Positions 59,200 through 64,000 of a stretch of DNA of 64,000 nt are shown one piece after another. The notes under the pieces are model-generated. The model made no database searches, was not told where the DNA came from, and was given only the letters and a program-made list of their open reading frames with translations. Numbering within the stretch: position 1 is the first letter of the stretch; each line of letters begins with the position of its first letter. Source of the DNA: the human T2T-CHM13v2.0 reference genome, Homo sapiens; the NCBI RefSeq assembly GCF_009914755.1, contig NC_060938.1; one strand, 5' to 3'. The translations under genes were made by a program, and so were the position numbers.

Positions 59200-59498
59200 T
59201 TATTAATTTAATTAGTTATCCATGCAATATGCTGCATAACAAACAACCACAATATCTCCAGCAGCACAGGACAATAAACACTTATTTCTTATGGAGCTGT
59301 GGGTTGCTTGAGGGTCAGCTATTGCAGCTTGAGACTGGCTAAATGGCTCCACTAATCTCAGCTGGGCTCACTCAAGGGTCTGGGGGTCAGTTGAGGTTCA
59401 GGTTATATAGGCTTTGCTCAGGTGGGCTAGGTCAGCTCTATTACACATCTCTTATCCTATTTCTGGGTCCAGCCTGCTAGCTTGGGCAAATTCTTTTC
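59200..59498 (-). mobile_element. MLT1 (G/H-like) LTR, truncated
   Basis: tgctgcataacaaacaaccac...ctcagctgggctcactca...gggggtcag...gggtccagcctgctagcttgggca. Confidence 0.7.
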
Positions 59499-59500
59499 TG

Positions 59501-59684
59501 TTTCTACAGGTTAATTTTGGCTGGTTACTGGACCAAATGTCTCTGTGGAAATTCTCCTTCTCAGGTTTGCCTTATATCCACTTAAGAAAAATGCCAGATT
59601 GACATCCTCAAGTCCCAGTCTAAAAACTTGGGTAGGTGCATGGTAGTCAGGGGATGAGGTCAAATTAGGCAAATGTGACTTCAT
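59501..59684 (+). repeat. Local direct repeat, copy 2
   Basis: Shares ccacttaagaaaaat(a/g)ccagattgacatcctcaagt with copy 1 at 1160-bp offset. Confidence 0.92.
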
Positions 59685-60102
59685 AGCCCTGCTGTAACCA
59701 GCTGGAAAATAAGAGAATGAACAGACAAAAATAGACTTGTACCACATTAATGACATACTGATTATTTGAATTAGTTAATTTTGCTAGGAGTAGAGATAAT
59801 AAGAGTGTGGTTCTCAGTTGCTGCTTACCCCGAACAAGAGTCTTAGTAAATTGACCAGCTGAGTCATTTGAACTTGATTCTTGGTAGGAAGACTTTTGCG
59901 TGGCTTATCTACTGTTTTTTCTTCTCTTTTTCTTTTCTTACTGTATCTGTAATTTCTTTTTTTTTTTAATTCCATGATTTACTGGAAATCTCAAAGGATG
60001 TTTGAATGAACTCTAATTATCCGTTGTCTTTGTTGTCGCTGACTCCACTGTCAAAAACCCAAGCCAGGCATCCGCTTGGTTTGGTGACCTTAACCACAAT
60101 TT

Positions 60103-60500
60103 GAAGGCTGCTGACTGATCAGGGCAGTGGTTGCGGAAGGTTGGGGTGGCAAACAACAAAGATGTTTCCCGCAAGGAATTTGAGTCTTCCTTTCATGAAA
60201 GACTTCTTTGTAGCATGCGATGCTATTTGATAGCATTTTACCCACTGTAGGACAGCTTTCAAAATTGTAGTCAATCCTCTCAAACCCTGCCATTGCTTTT
60301 TCAACTAAGTTTATGTAATATTCTAAATCATTTGTTGTGATTTCAACAATGTTCACAACATCTTCACCAGGAGTAGATTCCATCTGAAGAAACTACTCTT
60401 TGCTCATCTATAAGAAGCAGCTCCTCATCTGTTTAAGTTTTATTATGAGATTGCAGTAATTCAGTCCCAGTCCCATCTTCAGGTTCCACTTCTGATTCCA
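60103..60500 (-). mobile_element. Tigger1 (pogo-like) internal fragment
   Basis: Minus-strand [45 protein letters not shown]...[11 protein letters not shown] matches Tigger1 3' coding sequence; no TIRs. Confidence 0.9.
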
Positions 60501-61286
60501 CTCTGCCACACATTTCTCTGTGAGTCTGTTAAAATATGGATAATCCAAATAACTTCTTTCTAATGTGATTTATATGAAATGGAAGCATGTTCTCCTTCCC
60601 CCTTATGTGCTCTTGTTTTGAATTGCAAATATTCAGTTTTGCATATATTTAAAAGTTATTTTGACAGTATGTAATGTAGATTTAAAACATTCTGAAGTTG
60701 GCTGTTTTCCCTTGATCAATTCTTCTTTTAGAAGAAACACTGTAAATAAACCAACAAGTGTCAGAGCATACAGTATAGGGAACAGCCAAGGACAATCTGT
60801 TATGATATTCTGTGTATTAAAAACCAGTTTGTTTATACCACTAGGAGAATTTCATTTTTTAGTATTTGGATTTGATGGATTTAGTGAGAACGATATGATT
60901 TGCTTCATTAGACAGCTATGCCACAGCTGAACGATGTGCATTACTCTTAATGCTAAAGGGAGATAAATGTAATGATAGAAAAAGTTAAGGGAACCAAAGA
61001 GGCAATATTCCTAGAATAAGCAGATGAAAATTTAACTATGATGCACAGAAGTTAAATGTCAGTAATTCCATTCAACTAGGTCAGTGGAATTGGGGCAGGA
61101 ACTTTCTTCATTGTAGCAGTGAAGCTGTTAGCTGGTTTACTTAGAAACCTTGAATCTGAGGAATCATCTCCAGAGAACACCTGATATAAGCTACAGTTTT
61201 CTTGACTCATATTCCAAAATGGGGATTGAACTGTGAGAAAGACTACAAGTAATTTCTGAGTTACTGAACTTAGAAAAAGCAAAACT

Positions 61287-61608
<322 letters not shown>

Positions 61609-62039
61609 TTATTTTCACCTTTCCTTCTCTTCCTTCTTCTCTTTCTACTTCCCTTCTTGTCTCTCTATTTTTACCTTATTCATTTCCTCTCGTGCCTTTC
61701 CATTTTTTATATCAGGAATTAAATACCCTCTAGAGTGAAACGATGAATAAAATCTACTAGTCCTGTGAGAAGGACAAAATTAAATGTGTTGGGTTGTGTT
61801 TGTGATTGTGCTGATGACAGCAAAAGAAGCCACACTGAGGATTGAAGATGAGAAAAAACAAACTACAATGTTCACTAACGTAATTTTTAAGGGAGAAGAT
61901 ATAAAGATTACCAGAGTTCACACTTTCAAATTGTTTGCAATCAATTGAAAGTCGAAAAAAGTTATATGTTGAACAACATATGAGAAAAAAGCAAGTGACC
62001 ATTTAAGGTGATATGTGTTAAGAGCAAATCAACTGATAG

Positions 62040-62800
62040 AGATAGAAATGTGGATGAGGAAGACCACCACTATTCCCTGGGGTAGTCAAAGGAAAGTTGG
62101 CCTGGTACTGGATTTTGGATAACACTGAATAAGATTCAAACAGACAAACCATGGTTGGGGCCCAGCTTGAGCAAAGGATCAGAAGCAGCAGTATTCCAGA
62201 CATGTGAGAATATAAATTTGGTTCAAGTAGAAAGGTTTCAAATGGCAGATGACTGTGGAAAAATAATTTGGTGAAAACTTATAAAAGGCCCGGAATGCTG
62301 AGATAGAACCTTGGGTTCTATTCAGTATATATTTTGAGAAGCACTGATGGTCACTATGGAGAAGAAAGACGTGTGCTATATAATAGAACAAGAATTGAGA
62401 GGTCATTGACTGGGGGAGTTTCCTAGACCCAGAGAAGGGTAAGAAGGGATACATTTTGAAGGCTGGTACATAAAGAGAATTAAGATATCAATGAGACATA
62501 TTTTAAAAGCCAAGAGAAGGAGAGGAAAGTGGTCATTTTCAGTTCTGAAGGTGAGAGTTTTGAGGTTTGGATGACTATGAAATAACCCAGTGAGAATACC
62601 CATTTATCAGTGGGAAATCCTGAACTAGAGTTTGAGAGAGTCTGCTAAGCTAAAGTTGTGGATTTGCACGTTAGCCTCCTGAAGAGGATGGTTGAATTCA
62701 TAAATATGGATGATACTCTACAGAAAAGAAGTTTGCTTAGAGGATTTGGCATATCCATGATGAGAGTATACCGGGGAAGCAAGGAAACACTGAAGAGAGA
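62040..62800 (-). mobile_element. L2 relic
   Basis: Purine-rich degenerate L2 pattern (agttttgaggt..., gagtttgagagagtctg..., gatggttgaattcataaatatggatgata); boundaries approximate. Confidence 0.5.
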
Positions 62801-63228
62801 AGGGGTGGTCAGAAGAACTGTAGAAGTGGGGCAATATGTGGAATAGTGAGGGTCTCAGAACAGACAGAGGACCTGGGCCTTGAAGGCCAGCTGCGTCATC
62901 TGGAGATGAAGATGGAAGGAAATGGGGATCACTGAGGATGAAGAAGAAAAGGAGCCCTAAAGGTCTCTTATAGTCGTCATTTTGTCCATAGAAACACATC
63001 TCTGGGAAGGAATGAGTTAGGTTTTTCTTATTCTTTCTTCATTAATAAAAATAGAAAAACAGGTGGTGAAACAAATTGGAAAACAATGTACACACAACTA
63101 ATACTCTTGAAGAAAGAGATTTCACACTGTGTCCTGCTAACCTGTTCTGATATTCAATGGCACTTGTTACCCAGGAGTTCTTTTTTAAATCACTATCTGA
63201 AATCCCTATTGCTCTCCTGTGAGCTGTA

Positions 63229-63253
63229 TTTTTTTTTTTTTTTTTTTTTTTTT
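63229..63253. repeat. T25 homopolymer
   Basis: Pure T run not attached to a recognisable SINE body. Confidence 0.95.
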
Positions 63254-64000
63254 GGCTTTCCTCTGTTTATCCTCAGGGGACAGAAAGAACATATGGCAAC
63301 TATCTCTCAAGTAATAATCCTTCAATTTTGGAAATACGTATTATATAAGATTTTTCCTCTCTAGCCTTTTATTCTTTGAGCTAAATAATACTAAGAAATT
63401 TAGGCTTTCTTTATGGTCATTTCTTCCCAGGACAATGGCACAGACTGAGTCAAATTCAGTTCCTAGGACTTGGATAAAATTTATATTGAAGCCACTGCTT
63501 TGAATCAGCGAGCAGTACTGATGTCAAGTTTGCCTATTAGGTAGAAATTCAAGAATGAAATGATGATGACCCTTTTGGGAACAACTCTGTGCATCCTTTG
63601 TATCCTGAGAGCACTTATCAAAACTAATAGATGAGTAATAAATCTTTCAAAACAAAGAAAACCGATGGACAAAGTGGTGAAAATATAGCATTTGTCTCTT
63701 ATTGCCAATGCGTGGCACATACCAACTCAATTCATATTTGCATGAATTTATGAAAGCAAGGATGAAAAAATATGTACTAAGATATAAAATTAGCAATATT
63801 ATTTTTAAAAGGTTGTTAAAAGTCAAGGCCTTTTGGGCCAGGCTGTTGGGCTGTTTCTTAAGGATATGATATTTTATTTATTTTAACATATTCAGAAACA
63901 CCTAGTGGTATTAAAACCTCTGAGATTGGCAGCATTTGGCCTTTTAGAGAATGTTGACTCTACTTTCTTTCTCTAGAATTTATTCTATCATTTTTTATGA

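Noticed and set aside
60090-60383. ORF resembling TIGD1
   Set aside because: Only a ~400-bp Tigger1 fragment, frameshifted at its end, with no DNA-binding or DDE region.

Overview
AT-rich, CpG-poor primate genomic DNA, most likely human or another ape (AluY and L1PA2-type elements are present). It looks intronic or intergenic: I find no supportable protein-coding gene, RNA gene or CpG island. The ORF track is explained by chance ORFs and by Alu, L1, Hsmar2 and Tigger1 remnants. Repeats include 8 near-full Alus plus one internal Alu fragment, three L1PA 3' ends (one twin-primed with a short 3' tag), an old L1M, a full-length Hsmar2 mariner, MER1A, MER20, MER5A x2, Tigger1, THE1C/MST/MLT1 LTRs, and many MIR and L2 relics. 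All subfamily calls come from remembered consensus sequences, not a search. I do not see a novel gene system. The most unusual signals are three local copy events that ordinary transposition does not explain: (1) a 105-bp, 95%-identical inverted repeat bracketing an Alu (43801-44403); (2) a tail-less Alu fragment apparently copied from an Alu 883 bp away, with a fold-back junction (54436-54586); (3) a ~79%-identical, ~185-bp direct duplication at 1160-bp offset that starts where an LTR is truncated (58341-59684).
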